Assembly: GCA_041736175.1 (NCBI GenBank)
Contig: JBGSUI010000218.1
Span: forward strand, 28,905 to 92,904
Reading direction: 5' to 3'
Length of the DNA: 64,000 nucleotides
Origin: Oligoflexales bacterium
Lineage (GTDB): Bacteria > Bdellovibrionota_B > Oligoflexia > Oligoflexales > CAIYRB01
In this document: one piece after another, positions 10,520 through 21,699 of the stretch
Layout of the letters: every line of letters begins with the position of its first letter
Numbering within the stretch: the stretch's first letter is position 1
Position numbers and translations under genes: made by a program
The notes under the pieces: generated by a model
What the model saw: only the letters and a program-made list of their open reading frames with translations
What the model was told of the DNA's origin: nothing
Databases searched by the model: none

Positions 10520-11494
10520 CTAGTAAAGCCTTAGATCCGTGTGATCTAAAATAAATTTTTGCGGATCATCATACTTTCCATTCACCTGTATTTCATAGTG
10601 GACATGGGGACCTGTGGTCCGCCCCGTGGCTCCTACGGTTGCGATCTGCTCGCCCCTCGCTACTTTTTGGCCTGGTTGGACGATGTTTTGTTCGTTGTGT
10701 CCAAATCGAGAAATGATTCCGTATCCATGGGCTATCATAACAAAATTCCCAAATCCCTCCTTCTTTCCAGCATAGATGACCACCCCATCCGCTGGGGCTT
10801 TCACCGGGGTCCCGGGCGGTGCGGCGATATCAATCCCCATATGCTGGGTTGATTCTCCAGTGAAAGGTGAGGTTCTACTCCCAAAACCACTGGTGACCCA
10901 CCCCTCCACGGGCGCGATCGAAGGAATCGATTGTAAAAGGGATTTTTGCTGGCTTAAACTTGAGAGAAGCTGCTGTAATTCTAGCGCATTATGTTGGGCC
11001 TTCCTGCCTATAACCGCGAGTTGGCTGAGGACCGGTCGAAAAGTCAATGAATCGATATCAAGTCCAGGCGGGATATAATGACTGCTGGCGTCTTGAAGGT
11101 CTTTCGTTATTCCTGTGAGGCCGTCATCCCCAGCAGTTTCCTGATGCTGCTCGATCCCGGTTTTTTGGCTCACTTTTTCGACTCTCACCCTGGTCAATTC
11201 TCCCAGTTTTTCACTATAGTCTTGAACCCTTTGTAAGGATTTTTTCACGTCTTCGAGATGGCTCATCAAGAGTCGGGCTTCTCCTTTAAGAGCATTATTT
11301 TCGATCGTTATTCCTTGATAGAGGTCTTTAAGCCGATGCAGGTTGATATAGTCGTAAATGATATAACCAGCAAACAAAGATCCCAGCAAAAGCCCGAAGA
11401 AAACCACTTTAAATAAAAAAACCGGAATTCTAATCTGTTTGGTGGCACGGGTCCCCTCGGGAATAATCATCAGGGTCATTTTTTTAAAAACCAT
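10520..11494 (-). CDS. M23 family peptidoglycan endopeptidase with N-terminal TM and coiled coil
   Basis: HMGIDIAA (HxxxD) and GRTTGPHVHYE (HxH) motifs. Confidence 0.93.
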   Translation of the reverse strand: MVFKKMTLMIIPEGTRATKQIRIPVFLFKVVFFGLLLGSLFAGYIIYDYINLHRLKDLYQGITIENNALKGEARLLMSHLEDVKKSLQRVQDYSEKLGELTRVRVEKVSQKTGIEQHQETAGDDGLTGITKDLQDASSHYIPPGLDIDSLTFRPVLSQLAVIGRKAQHNALELQQLLSSLSQQKSLLQSIPSIAPVEGWVTSGFGSRTSPFTGESTQHMGIDIAAPPGTPVKAPADGVVIYAGKKEGFGNFVMIAHGYGIISRFGHNEQNIVQPGQKVARGEQIATVGATGRTTGPHVHYEIQVNGKYDDPQKFILDHTDLRLY

Positions 11495-11547
11495 CGGTCC
11501 CCCTGGGAATGAGCCCGCGATCTGGTAAAGATTGCAATCTGCACTCT

Positions 11548-12381
11548 TTACTTTCCACTCTCATTTGGAAACTTTACATTAAAAATAAGCAGTGTAATAT
11601 TATCTTCGCCACCTCTCTCATTAGCTAGATTTATGAGCTCTGTAGCTGCCTCTATCCCGGATTTTGAAACCGCAAGGGAAATCTCTTTATCTGAGACTTT
11701 TCCATGGAGTCCATCACTACACATAACGATGAAATCGCCATCTTCAATAGGGATCGACAGCGTATCAACGTCTTCTTCTTCCTGATAGCCGACACTGCGG
11801 GTAATCACATTTCTAAGATGATGAAACTCAGACTCTTCTTGGGTGATCAGGCCCGCCTTAACTTGCTCATGGACGAGAGAATGGTCACTGGTTATTTGGT
11901 AGATAAGCTGACACCTCACCAAATAGCATCTGCTATCGCCAACGTGCGCGAGATAGAGATAACGACCAATCACCCGGGCCACTGTTGCCGTGGTTCCCAT
12001 ACCTTTAAGGCTCGGGTCTTCAAGAGCTCTTTCATATATTTTGGTAGATGCAAAATTAACAGCATTTATAAAAATATGAGCCACGAGTCCGTTTGGATGA
12101 TCGCGAGGAGTGACAATTTCGTCATTATGGAGCTTTAGATAACTTGATATCTGTTCGACACATAATTTAGACGCGATCTCACCACCCGCATGACCGCCCA
12201 TACCGTCGGCTACGATATACAAATCACGATCTTCGTCCACCAAAAAAGAATCTTGATTGGTCTGACGCACCCGACCGACATCGGTTTGGCCCCTCCAGGT
12301 TACTAGGCATTTCTGTTGGTCGGGTACTTTATCTAGATCCCCCAATAGGATTTCTCCGCTCGAGCCGCTCGTTAAATTCAA
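11548..12381 (-). CDS. PP2C/Stp1-family Ser/Thr protein phosphatase
   Basis: GRVRQTNQD, VADGMGGH, HVGDSR, CSDGL and GGEDNIT. Confidence 0.95.
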   Translation of the reverse strand: MNLTSGSSGEILLGDLDKVPDQQKCLVTWRGQTDVGRVRQTNQDSFLVDEDRDLYIVADGMGGHAGGEIASKLCVEQISSYLKLHNDEIVTPRDHPNGLVAHIFINAVNFASTKIYERALEDPSLKGMGTTATVARVIGRYLYLAHVGDSRCYLVRCQLIYQITSDHSLVHEQVKAGLITQEESEFHHLRNVITRSVGYQEEEDVDTLSIPIEDGDFIVMCSDGLHGKVSDKEISLAVSKSGIEAATELINLANERGGEDNITLLIFNVKFPNESGK

Positions 12382-12410
12382 ATGGTCTTATATAAAACAC
12401 TTTTAGTATA

Positions 12411-13367
12411 TCATGTCTGGCGGCTTATCCCGAGATCTTGAACAACTGTTTTGAGGGCTTCCTTCCAGCTCTGCAGTTCGCTTATTTTATAAGTCATTTT
12501 AAATTTATGACAGTTGAGGCGAGAATTCTTGGGACGCTTTGCCGGAGTAGGATACTCTTCTGTCTTAATGGGCAAAACATTTTTGACCTTTAGGTTAATT
12601 CCCTGTTTTTTACCATATTCAAATATCGTATTTGCAAATTCACACCAATTGGTCTCACCTTCGTTACAAAGGTGGTAAAGACCCTTAAATTTTGCAAACC
12701 CATCCTTAAGTCCCAAAGCAATCACCCGGCTGATCATCTCTGACAGAAATTCCGCACTAGTAGGTGCTCCAATTTGGTCGCCGACAATTTTTAGTTCTTC
12801 CCTTTGCTCCCCCAGTCGCAACATCGTCTTTACAAAATTCTGGCCATGGGCACTAAACACCCAAGAGGTTCTAAAAATAAGACCATCACAACCCGATTCA
12901 AAGATTGCCTGCTCTCCTTTGAGTTTCGAAAGGCCGTAGAAATTGAGGGGACCAGTCGGATCCTCTTCAGATCTTGCCTGTTGACCGTCCCCTGGAAAAA
13001 CATAGTCCGTTGAAAAATGGATCAGAGGAATCCTATGATTTTCACAGTATCCTGCCAATATTTTTGGCGCCTCAGCGTTGATCAATAAGGCTTTTTCCTG
13101 GTCGGTTTCAGCTTTATCGACCGCTGTATAGGCTGCTGGATTCACTATGAGATTAGGTCTTACTTGTTCTAAAACATCTAAGATCGAGGTTTTATCACAA
13201 AAATCCATTTGATAAAAGTTGGCATCGATTTTTAATGGAAATAGGTCTGTCGCTACGAGGTCCCCTATACCTTTCAACCTTTTTAACAAGGCATGACCAA
13301 CCTGTCCATCAGCACCTGTGACTAATATCTTTGGCCCATGACCCATAGTAGAATCACTTTCCTTCAT
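12411..13367 (-). CDS. rfbD: dTDP-4-dehydrorhamnose reductase
   Basis: GADGQVG, AAYTAVDKAE, STDYVF, YGLSKLKGE and DQIGAPT. Confidence 0.95.
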   Translation of the reverse strand: MKESDSTMGHGPKILVTGADGQVGHALLKRLKGIGDLVATDLFPLKIDANFYQMDFCDKTSILDVLEQVRPNLIVNPAAYTAVDKAETDQEKALLINAEAPKILAGYCENHRIPLIHFSTDYVFPGDGQQARSEEDPTGPLNFYGLSKLKGEQAIFESGCDGLIFRTSWVFSAHGQNFVKTMLRLGEQREELKIVGDQIGAPTSAEFLSEMISRVIALGLKDGFAKFKGLYHLCNEGETNWCEFANTIFEYGKKQGINLKVKNVLPIKTEEYPTPAKRPKNSRLNCHKFKMTYKISELQSWKEALKTVVQDLGISRQT

Positions 13368-13385
13368 TTACATGATTTAAGTAAA

Positions 13386-13952
13386 TTATTTTTTAACTAA
13401 ATTATATTTGACCAATTTTTCTCTTGGAACATCCTTAAGTCGGATACCGTCCTGGTCCTTTTTTGATAGGCTTGGCTTGTCAACAGGCCACTGAATCCCA
13501 AGGTCCGGATCGTTGTAGGCGATCGAAATCTCGGTCTCGGGATGGTAGTATTCGGTACATTTATAGGAAAAGATCGTCCCCTCAGCCATGACAACAAATC
13601 CGTGGGCAAATCCCGGAGGCACATAGAGTTGTCGTTTGTTTTCGTCATCTAAAACCACACCTACCCACTGGCCAAAACTAGGAGACTCCAAACGAACATC
13701 GACGGCCACATCATAAACGCGACCTTTGAGCACCGTCACTAGCTTTCCCTGGGGGTAGGGATTTTGGAGGTGCAGCCCCCTTAGGATGCCATGGGCCGAA
13801 CAGGAAAGATTGTCTTGGACCCATTCGCCTGGCAAACCAACTCCCAGATACCTCTTAAGCTGAAATGTTTCGAGAAAATATCCTCGAGCATCGCCAAAGA
13901 CCTTTGGTTCTATAATTAACACGTCAGGCAAAGTGGTTTCAAGGACGTTCAT
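13386..13952 (-). CDS. rfbC: dTDP-4-dehydrorhamnose 3,5-epimerase
   Basis: FGDARGYFLE, LRGLHLQ, DVAVDVR and GFAHGF. Confidence 0.96.
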   Translation of the reverse strand: MNVLETTLPDVLIIEPKVFGDARGYFLETFQLKRYLGVGLPGEWVQDNLSCSAHGILRGLHLQNPYPQGKLVTVLKGRVYDVAVDVRLESPSFGQWVGVVLDDENKRQLYVPPGFAHGFVVMAEGTIFSYKCTEYYHPETEISIAYNDPDLGIQWPVDKPSLSKKDQDGIRLKDVPREKLVKYNLVKK

Positions 13953-13979
13953 AAAAATTCCTTTTCGGCCTAAATAAAT

Positions 13980-14864
13980 CTAGTTTTTACCTTCTCGCTC
14001 TACCAGCTGAATGAGGTACTGACCATAGCCACTCTTTGCATATTTTTGTGCCAGCCTCCCCACCTGATCTAGGGTTATATAGCCCATCCGCCACGCGATT
14101 TCTTCAGGACAGGCGATTTTGAGTCCCTGGCGGTTTTCGACAGCTTCCACAAAATTAGTCGCTTGGACCAGTGATTCATGGGTGCCTGTATCAAGCCAGG
14201 CGGTCCCACGACCTAAAAGCTCTACATTGAGCCTATTGCGCTCATGATAGACTTTGTTAACATCCGTAATTTCCAACTCACCCCGTGGCGAAGGCTTTAG
14301 GTGTTTGGCGATGGAGATCACTTCATTGTCGTAGAAATAAAGCCCCGTCACAGCAAAATTAGAACGAGGGTGTTTCGGCTTTTCCTCAAGACTTTTTACT
14401 TTTCCATTTTGGTCAAATTCTACGACCCCATACCGCTCCGGATCCCTTACATAATAGCCGAATACGGTTGCTCCTTGAGTCCTTTCATGGGCTTTTTCGA
14501 GAGACTGGCTAAGTCCATGACCAAAATAAATATTGTCGCCTAATACCAAACAGGATGGATCTTTACCAATAAAAGGCGCCCCGATGATAAACGCCTGGGC
14601 GAGACCTTCGGGTTTCGGTTGTTCGGCGTATTGAAATTCTAGCCCCCATTCTCTACCATCCCCCAAGAGTCTTCGAAAAAGTGGGAGATCTTGCGGAGTA
14701 CTGATCACAAGTATTTTTCTGATCCCCGCCAGCATCAAAACAGAAAGGGGATAATAGATCATGGGCTTGTCATAAACAGGCAACATTTGTTTACTTATGA
14801 CTAAAGTGAGCGGATGAAGCCTCGTCCCTGAGCCGCCGGCTAAAATAATGCCTTTTCGTTCCAT
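13980..14864 (-). CDS. rfbA: Glucose-1-phosphate thymidylyltransferase
   Basis: [35 protein letters not shown] and WLDTGT; start taken at MERKG. Confidence 0.97.
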   Translation of the reverse strand: MERKGIILAGGSGTRLHPLTLVISKQMLPVYDKPMIYYPLSVLMLAGIRKILVISTPQDLPLFRRLLGDGREWGLEFQYAEQPKPEGLAQAFIIGAPFIGKDPSCLVLGDNIYFGHGLSQSLEKAHERTQGATVFGYYVRDPERYGVVEFDQNGKVKSLEEKPKHPRSNFAVTGLYFYDNEVISIAKHLKPSPRGELEITDVNKVYHERNRLNVELLGRGTAWLDTGTHESLVQATNFVEAVENRQGLKIACPEEIAWRMGYITLDQVGRLAQKYAKSGYGQYLIQLVEREGKN

Positions 14865-14883
14865 CGTGCACCACCTCATTTAT

Positions 14884-15939
14884 TTAAATTTTTGTACCCA
14901 ACCGCTCCCTCTGGTACCGTCCGTCTTGAACTCTTTTACACCAATGATTCGATTCTTCTTTATACCATAACACTGTCTTGCGTAGCCCCGTTTCAAAGGT
15001 TTCCTTTGGCTTTACCCCAAGCTCACGCTCAATTTTTCGGCAGTCTATTGCATACCGCAAATCATGACCCGCTCGGTCTTTGACAAAAGTGATCAAACTG
15101 CGTCTTTTGAGGTCCTTAATGGGGGCTATCTCATCGACGATATCACAGATAGCTTCGACGACCTCGATGTTCCTTTTTTCGTTTTTCCCTCCAATATTGT
15201 AGGTCTCACCGAGCCTGCCTCGGGTAAAGACCTGCATCAGCGCTGTGGCATGATCATCCACAAAAAGCCAATCTCTGATATTTTTGCCAGCACCGTATAC
15301 GGGCAGAGGTTTGCCTTCCAGCGCATTGAGGGTCACAAGGGGGATTAGTTTTTCGGGAAACTGATAGGGGCCATAATTGTTAGAGCAGTTTGTGGTCACC
15401 ACTGGCAAGCCGTAGGTATGGTGCCAAGCCCTCACTAAATGGTCAGAGCTGGCCTTAGACGCCGAATAGGGCGAATTAGGAGAATAGGGAGTTGTCTCCT
15501 CAAAAAGTCCTTCGTCCCCTAGAGTTCCGTAAACTTCGTCTGTAGACACGTGATGAAAGCGAAAGTTGTTTTTCTTTTCACCTTTGAGATTTTGCCAGTA
15601 GTGGCGGCATTCCTCCAGGAGACTGAAAGTACCCACGACATTGGTTTGGATAAATTCTCCCGGGCCATCGATCGAACGATCCACATGAGACTCCGCGGCA
15701 AGATGGATCACACCGTCGGGATTAAATGATTCCAAAATGGTCCGCACCCCTTGACGGTCCCCAATATCAAGGTGGGAAAATTGGTAAAGGGAGCTACTGG
15801 AAATCTTTGTGAGGGATTCTAAATTGCCTGCATACGTCAACTTATCTAAGTTTAAAACCTGCCAATTTGTCTCTGCAATGATTTTTCTAATAAGTGCTGA
15901 CCCTATAAATCCCGCACCTCCTGTGACTACAACCTTCAA
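14884..15939 (-). CDS. rfbB: dTDP-glucose 4,6-dehydratase
   Basis: [27 protein letters not shown] and [11 protein letters not shown]. Confidence 0.97.
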   Translation of the reverse strand: MKVVVTGGAGFIGSALIRKIIAETNWQVLNLDKLTYAGNLESLTKISSSSLYQFSHLDIGDRQGVRTILESFNPDGVIHLAAESHVDRSIDGPGEFIQTNVVGTFSLLEECRHYWQNLKGEKKNNFRFHHVSTDEVYGTLGDEGLFEETTPYSPNSPYSASKASSDHLVRAWHHTYGLPVVTTNCSNNYGPYQFPEKLIPLVTLNALEGKPLPVYGAGKNIRDWLFVDDHATALMQVFTRGRLGETYNIGGKNEKRNIEVVEAICDIVDEIAPIKDLKRRSLITFVKDRAGHDLRYAIDCRKIERELGVKPKETFETGLRKTVLWYKEESNHWCKRVQDGRYQRERLGTKI

Positions 15940-16010
15940 AAGAACCCCCTTTTAGTAAATAAAGGTACAACTAACATTCTTTTACAGTAGGAGACCTGTG
16001 TAACGATCCG

Positions 16011-17093
16011 TTATAAGACTTTTTCCCATGGATAATCCGCCTCCCCAAAACTCAAGACCGGATATTCAGACCATCTTGATAGCTTTCTCGAAAAATACTC
16101 GTTGGCGGTCAACCTTGCCCCCCACTTTTCGTAAATATATTTGACCTGGGCTTTATCTAACCTTTTACCCCGACTAAGACCCTCGGCATGAATACATACC
16201 AAATGGCTTGCAACCCAATTCACACGACCTGAGCGCTGAGCCTTTAAGCATAAATCTAAATCCTGCCCGAGACTAGGTAGGAGCTCGTCAAAGCCATTTA
16301 TTTCTTGAAATACTGATGCTTTCATAATCATCACCGCGCCCGTGACTGCGGCGACGGGCCTTGGTTGTTGAAACCACCGATGGGCGCGATTGAGGGGCAC
16401 TCCCTTCAGGGGATGGGCACCCACAATTTTGACTCCTGGAGCCAAAAAGAGATGCTGAATGCGGTTGTCAGGATAGCTCAAAGAACAGCCTAAAACTCCC
16501 AATTTAGGCGCTTTTTTTGCGAGGTCGATCATTTCGAGGATAAAGGAGTCGCCTAGGATTTCGATGTCATTGTTTAAAAAAAGTAGATAGCTAGGTTCCC
16601 AAGGCAACCATGCTTTGACCACATCATTGTTGATTTTGGAAAAGTTAAACGGATAATTGGCATCAAAAACCTCTACCTTGAATCCATCATCGCGAGACTG
16701 GGTCCGCATCTCAGCAATCCCCTTGTGGGTTTCGGTCCTCACTGACTGATTATTGGCAAGCACAACAGTAACCCGCAATTTTTCCAACTTCTGTTTTATG
16801 ACAGAGTTTAAGCAACGCAAGGTTAGGTCCCATTGATCTCTAAAAGGGATGACGACAAGCAGTCTTTCGGCGTTGTCACCAGCGCTGGTATGACTCGAAG
16901 TCTGGGGGTCACCCTCCAAGCCTTGAGACCACTGTTTTTGATACCTGAGTTGGGGCTCGGTAAATTGATCCAGAAGAATCAAGGTAGGATCTCTTGTTTG
17001 TCGATACCGCCACTTGGAGACTAACCATAGGGGAACTACAAGAAGCTTAAAGACTATTTTGTAAAATTTTGCTTGGAGGAGGCTCAAGGTCAC
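16011..17093 (-). CDS. GT2 family glycosyltransferase (possible rhamnosyltransferase)
   Basis: VVIPFRD, FNFSKINN, LLFLNNDIE, AVTGA and DLDLCLK; directly upstream of the rml genes. Confidence 0.88.
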   Translation of the reverse strand: MTLSLLQAKFYKIVFKLLVVPLWLVSKWRYRQTRDPTLILLDQFTEPQLRYQKQWSQGLEGDPQTSSHTSAGDNAERLLVVIPFRDQWDLTLRCLNSVIKQKLEKLRVTVVLANNQSVRTETHKGIAEMRTQSRDDGFKVEVFDANYPFNFSKINNDVVKAWLPWEPSYLLFLNNDIEILGDSFILEMIDLAKKAPKLGVLGCSLSYPDNRIQHLFLAPGVKIVGAHPLKGVPLNRAHRWFQQPRPVAAVTGAVMIMKASVFQEINGFDELLPSLGQDLDLCLKAQRSGRVNWVASHLVCIHAEGLSRGKRLDKAQVKYIYEKWGARLTANEYFSRKLSRWSEYPVLSFGEADYPWEKVL

Positions 17094-17638
17094 TTTCGTA
17101 AATCGCCTAGGTAATGACTAGCTAATGAGACACATAGCGCCGACAAAGCGTGGTCCATCCGTCCTAAACGGACCAACGTCACCAATTCATTGGGATCTAC
17201 TAGTTTAAGAGTGATTTCCTCGTCTAAGTCTTGAAAATGGGTTCTATTTTCTTGGAGAACACAGTCTAAAGCCAAAAAAAAGTGAATGCGATTGGCCATA
17301 ATCGCCGGGTTGGGATTAAAACTTCCCAAGGACAAGATTCGCATCGAAGTATAACCCGTCTCCTCTTCTAACTCCCGAACCGCCGCAAGCATGGGGTCCT
17401 TTTCGTCGGGATCCATCATCCCTCCGGGGGTCTCAAGCACGTTGGCCATCGAACCAAATCGCACCTGTTCGATAAGCACCGCTGAGCCTTCCCGGGTGAT
17501 CGGCAAGATATTGGCCCAGTCTCCGCAAGTGATCCGGTACCGAGGATTTAAGAGGTGCCCCTTTTTGGAACGGACCGAAAGTTCCTCCACATCAAAAATA
17601 GGACTGTGAAAGACTAATTTCTTTGTTTCGAGCTTCAT
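17090..17638 (-). CDS. NUDIX hydrolase (ADP-ribose pyrophosphatase-like)
   Basis: Nudix box PGGMMDPDEKDPMLAAVRELEEETGY. Confidence 0.92.
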   Translation of the reverse strand: MKLETKKLVFHSPIFDVEELSVRSKKGHLLNPRYRITCGDWANILPITREGSAVLIEQVRFGSMANVLETPGGMMDPDEKDPMLAAVRELEEETGYTSMRILSLGSFNPNPAIMANRIHFFLALDCVLQENRTHFQDLDEEITLKLVDPNELVTLVRLGRMDHALSALCVSLASHYLGDLRK

Positions 17639-17666
17639 CCTGGGGTGCTCCTTCCAAATCGGGATC

Positions 17667-18266
17667 CTAAGCCATCGTCCCGATTTTTTGCAGTATGTAT
17701 TCTGCGGTCATTCCTGCCGCGAGTCCGTAGTTCTGCTTCCATTGAAGGTGGGACTCAGGTCCTACAAAGTTTGTAACTGCCAATACCACAGAGAGAGATT
17801 GGCATTGTTGGATTATTTCAGAGATACACGAATAGAGCTCCAGATTTTCGACAGTCGACTCCGAAACAAATCCCTCTGGTAAGGCGCTCACAAGGCTAAT
17901 GCCAGGAGAACAAAGGACCCGTTTTGCTGGGAGGCCCTGAAAATAGCTCGGAACATCGGGCAGAGTGATAGGGGGAGCTGAGTCTTTTACGGTGTAGGAT
18001 ACCTTAAGCCGTTCGCAGGTTGGACTCCAGCTCACATCGGTGGCTCTCACCAAATAGACTTTTGAGAAATTGGCAAAGGACCCACAGGTTCCTACAAAGA
18101 TCACGTTACGTCCACGGCATTGGTCGGCGATCGATCTTGATTTTTTAGCCGCAGCAATCGCTCCCACTCCAGCCAGAACGGTGTCTGGTGTATGCCCCCG
18201 CTGCTGGAGTCCGCTGACAAGTGGATCCACCTCAAACTTTGCTGCCGCGATGATGACTGGGTTCAA
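17667..18266 (-). CDS. Nucleoside phosphorylase/nucleosidase-fold protein (PNP_UDP_1, MqnB/MTAN-like)
   Basis: AAAKFE, GVGAIAAA, FVGTCG, VENLE and AVTNFVG pattern. Confidence 0.6.
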   Translation of the reverse strand: MNPVIIAAAKFEVDPLVSGLQQRGHTPDTVLAGVGAIAAAKKSRSIADQCRGRNVIFVGTCGSFANFSKVYLVRATDVSWSPTCERLKVSYTVKDSAPPITLPDVPSYFQGLPAKRVLCSPGISLVSALPEGFVSESTVENLELYSCISEIIQQCQSLSVVLAVTNFVGPESHLQWKQNYGLAAGMTAEYILQKIGTMA

Positions 18267-18298
18267 TGCTACCGCCTACAGTTCTAAGGACTTTGAAA

Positions 18299-20005
18299 TT
18301 AAATAAAACGCAGCTTTATTAAAACGACTGGCTTTTTTTGCAGGGCCTCCCCCCATATTCTACGGACCTGGACCCGGATCGCCTCAAGCAGAATGGCCTG
18401 TTTTGCTGCCACAAAATCAAAATCGGCGATAAGTTTATCCACTCCCCGCAAACATCGATTGCAAATGTCCTTAAGAAGGTCCTCAGGAGGTGCAAGACCA
18501 ACTATATCGATTTCAGGTTCAACCAACCACCCCATTTTAGAGGCTTCAAAAACTCCCGTTACCACCACCAATCCCCATTCACCAATCTTGAGTCGGTCTC
18601 TTAAAACTTCCGGTGTAAGAAGTCCTTGCCCCTCTGCTTCCACATATTTGATGGGAGTCAAGGCTGAACCTTTTAGGGCAACTCCTTGGCCCTTAAGATT
18701 GATGATATCTCCGGAACAGATAAGGTCAGAAGTCCCAACTCCAGTCTTGACCGCCAAATTTTCGGCAATTTTTGAGTTTTTCCTGAGCTGACTATAGCCC
18801 CCATGTTTTGGAATATAGGCTTTTGGGTTAAGGCATCGGATGAGTTTTTTAATGTCCTCCTCATGGGCATGACCGCTGACGTGAAGCTGTGGGTCTTGGC
18901 GGGGAGTAATGACTTCGACGCCAATTTTTCGAATTTCATTGGCGATAAAAATCGTCTGCCGCTCATTCCCAGGAATGGTCCTAGCAGAAAAAATCACCCT
19001 ATCCCCTGGTTCTAGTTTGACAGACCTAAACTCTCCTAACGCCAAACGATAAATCGCCGACCGATGCTCTCCCTGGCTTCCTGAGGCTATGATTAGAAGC
19101 TCTTCTTTGTTGAGGTTTCTCAAACCCTCATCATCCACTCTAAGTCCCTCAGGAACCTGGAAAAGGCCACATTTTTCTGCCAAGTTTAGGGTTAATTCCA
19201 TACCTCCACCCGCGACATAGAATCTTCGACCAACGCTTGCGCATGCATCTATCATAGCTTTGAGCCGCCAAAGATTGCTGGAAAAGGTCGAACAAACCAC
19301 AAGTCCCGGGACCCCAGTCATCCATCTTTTAAGAGGTTCGATCGTTGACTTTTCACCCAAGCAAACCCCTGGTACCTCCGCGTTAGTACTATCCCCCAAG
19401 AAGAGGTCGATTCCCTTAAGACCTATTTCCTGAAACCGCTTCCAGTTTGTGGGAGCCTCTAAAATCGGGTCATCATCAAGTTTATAATCACCCGAATGGT
19501 AGACGGCCCCTTCCTTGGTCGTCACCAAAAGAGCACAAGCCATCGGTATAGAATGAGTCACATGGATAAATTCAACCGCGAAATCCTCGATACTTATAAC
19601 ATCGCCTGGTTCAACTACAATAAATCGAAACCTTGAAGCATCGATCTTTAAACGGTTAAGCTTCGAATAAATAAGCTCTAAAGTCCAGCGGGTGCCATAC
19701 ACGGGGGCTGGAGCTTGTTGGAGCAAAAAAGGCATCGCCCCAATATGATCTTCGTGGCCATGGGTCAAAATATAACAATAGGGAGACCCACACTCCGCAA
19801 AAAACTGTGTAAGATCGGGAATCACCGCCGAAGTCCCCAGCTTGCGTGGATCACTAAATCTCACCCCTGCATCGACTATGATTGACCGACCGCTATACTG
19901 ATAAATGGTGAGATTCATTCCGAATTCACCGACGCCACCTAAGGGAATAATATTGAGTCCATCACCCGCTTTTGGCAAGCAACTACCCCACGAAAACCCA
20001 TCCAT
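18299..20005 (-). CDS. rnj: Ribonuclease J (metallo-beta-lactamase/beta-CASP)
   Basis: PLGGVGEFGMN, THGHEDHIG, HSIP, GDYK, DSTN, GSQGE and HVSGH. Confidence 0.93.
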   Translation of the reverse strand: MDGFSWGSCLPKAGDGLNIIPLGGVGEFGMNLTIYQYSGRSIIVDAGVRFSDPRKLGTSAVIPDLTQFFAECGSPYCYILTHGHEDHIGAMPFLLQQAPAPVYGTRWTLELIYSKLNRLKIDASRFRFIVVEPGDVISIEDFAVEFIHVTHSIPMACALLVTTKEGAVYHSGDYKLDDDPILEAPTNWKRFQEIGLKGIDLFLGDSTNAEVPGVCLGEKSTIEPLKRWMTGVPGLVVCSTFSSNLWRLKAMIDACASVGRRFYVAGGGMELTLNLAEKCGLFQVPEGLRVDDEGLRNLNKEELLIIASGSQGEHRSAIYRLALGEFRSVKLEPGDRVIFSARTIPGNERQTIFIANEIRKIGVEVITPRQDPQLHVSGHAHEEDIKKLIRCLNPKAYIPKHGGYSQLRKNSKIAENLAVKTGVGTSDLICSGDIINLKGQGVALKGSALTPIKYVEAEGQGLLTPEVLRDRLKIGEWGLVVVTGVFEASKMGWLVEPEIDIVGLAPPEDLLKDICNRCLRGVDKLIADFDFVAAKQAILLEAIRVQVRRIWGEALQKKPVVLIKLRFI

Positions 20006-20049
20006 TTTAACCCCTTAAGACCTATATTTATCAAGCATACAGCTTGGGT

Positions 20050-21699
20050 TTAACCTTTTGTAGACACAAACTCAAAAGGAAAGCTTATTTCAATAGCACC
20101 ATTTTTAGGTGGAGGAAATCGCCACTGGGAAATTTTCTCACGAATACATTTGATCATCTTGTCATCATTTATATTGTTAGCCACCAACTCAATATCATAA
20201 ATACGACCCTGGCTGTCGACCTTCCACCTCCACTCCATAAGTCCTTCTGATGATTCATCCCTTCTCAGGGCAATTTCATAACAGATTTGCAATTGGTATT
20301 TGTTTAAACTGATAAATTTTTCTACTTTTTCAGGTTCAATAAAACCTGATAGACCTTCCTGTTTAACTGGCTTTTTTTCTGAAACCGTAAATCCTTTTCC
20401 TTGAATACCATCAAGGTAACGATCATCAAGCTCATTTAGATGGACATTGAAGCTTAGAAATTTAGACCCTGGAACAATCCCTATTGGCTCCATTTTGGCT
20501 TCTTCTGACCCTCTTTGGCCGTGGCTTTGGCTCCTATTTGCCAACTCTGCCCGTAGAGCCCACTTTTCCACAATGTCATACATTTGCTCTTCTGTAGTGG
20601 TTTTGATCCAGGGCTTAATGTCCTTAAGGGCTTCAGCTCTCAAATCATTCTCGCTAACATTTTGATAAGCCTCGAAAGTATGCTTAGGATCATGCTGAAA
20701 CTTGGGGACGATGTCACGCCTGAGCTTAAGAGATTTCTGTGCTCCTTCTAAGACCAGGTTCATTTTGTCGAGAGCACGATTCATCGTGCCATCTAAACTC
20801 TCCACAGCCACCGCGGGGATCATGACCTGTTTAGAGTTGACTTTACCCTTTTGATAACTATCAATACTCTTCTGGATCTCCATACTATTGGCAAAATCCT
20901 CATGGGCCTTATCAAACATATCTCTGTATATATTACGGGATTCGCTATCAATATAATTTTGATGACTTCTGCTGGTTTTACCAAGCAGAGTATCAACAAA
21001 CTGGCTGTTGTAGGCCACAATATTATTGATCAAATTGCCAACCTCTAGGTTGTCTTTTAGGAGTTCTGGAGCCATTTGGATCAATCGTGGACTCACAAAC
21101 GGCAAAATATATTCTACATCTATATCTTTAATGGAGTTTGGACGAGTGTATTTGTTGAGATAGAGCCCCCCCCCTAAACTACCGACTAATACAAATGAGA
21201 TACATGCGGCAGCCAAGAGAGCTAGCTTTTCCTGCCGGGAGGATACCAAAAACTTTGAAAATCCCTCCATAGATCCTGGGGGCTGAGGATCACTCTCCCT
21301 TTGGTATTGGCTTTTTGGTGTGACTTTTATGAGCACGCGCAAATCCCGATAGCCGAGGGAAAAATAGTCGTCGCGCTCTAATTCGATATTTTGATCGCGA
21401 GAGACTTCAGCAGAACACTTTATTACTTCGCCCCGCGATGTTCCAACTCCCTCCCACCCGGCTGATGTTCGGAGATAGACTCGACCCCTTTTTATCTCGA
21501 TAAGATTTTCTTTTTGATCATAAAAGTGGTAGTTAGGCAACCTTATATTGGATTTGGTGTCTTGCCGGGCGCTCAAGACCACCTGGACATTGGCAGAAAC
21601 CTTATACCGTCTTTCACTTAAAATGACGCCATTTTGCATGACTACAAGTGAGACCAAAAGATTCTTTTGCGTTCGTTTTGGTTTCTTATTTTTGGGCAA
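20050..21699 (-). CDS. Single-pass membrane protein with AgmX/PglI-type (TonB_C-like) C-terminal domain; GltG/GltJ-like
   Basis: TM near aa 160-180; C-terminus LQICYEIALRR...G....RWKVDSQG...KCIREKISQWRFPPP...ISFPFEF. Confidence 0.8.
   Translation of the reverse strand: MPKNKKPKRTQKNLLVSLVVMQNGVILSERRYKVSANVQVVLSARQDTKSNIRLPNYHFYDQKENLIEIKRGRVYLRTSAGWEGVGTSRGEVIKCSAEVSRDQNIELERDDYFSLGYRDLRVLIKVTPKSQYQRESDPQPPGSMEGFSKFLVSSRQEKLALLAAACISFVLVGSLGGGLYLNKYTRPNSIKDIDVEYILPFVSPRLIQMAPELLKDNLEVGNLINNIVAYNSQFVDTLLGKTSRSHQNYIDSESRNIYRDMFDKAHEDFANSMEIQKSIDSYQKGKVNSKQVMIPAVAVESLDGTMNRALDKMNLVLEGAQKSLKLRRDIVPKFQHDPKHTFEAYQNVSENDLRAEALKDIKPWIKTTTEEQMYDIVEKWALRAELANRSQSHGQRGSEEAKMEPIGIVPGSKFLSFNVHLNELDDRYLDGIQGKGFTVSEKKPVKQEGLSGFIEPEKVEKFISLNKYQLQICYEIALRRDESSEGLMEWRWKVDSQGRIYDIELVANNINDDKMIKCIREKISQWRFPPPKNGAIEISFPFEFVSTKG

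Noticed and set aside
12411..17093. rml cluster plus GT2 as a novel glycosylation system
   Set aside because: This is the standard dTDP-L-rhamnose pathway with one glycosyltransferase; nothing unusual is visible.
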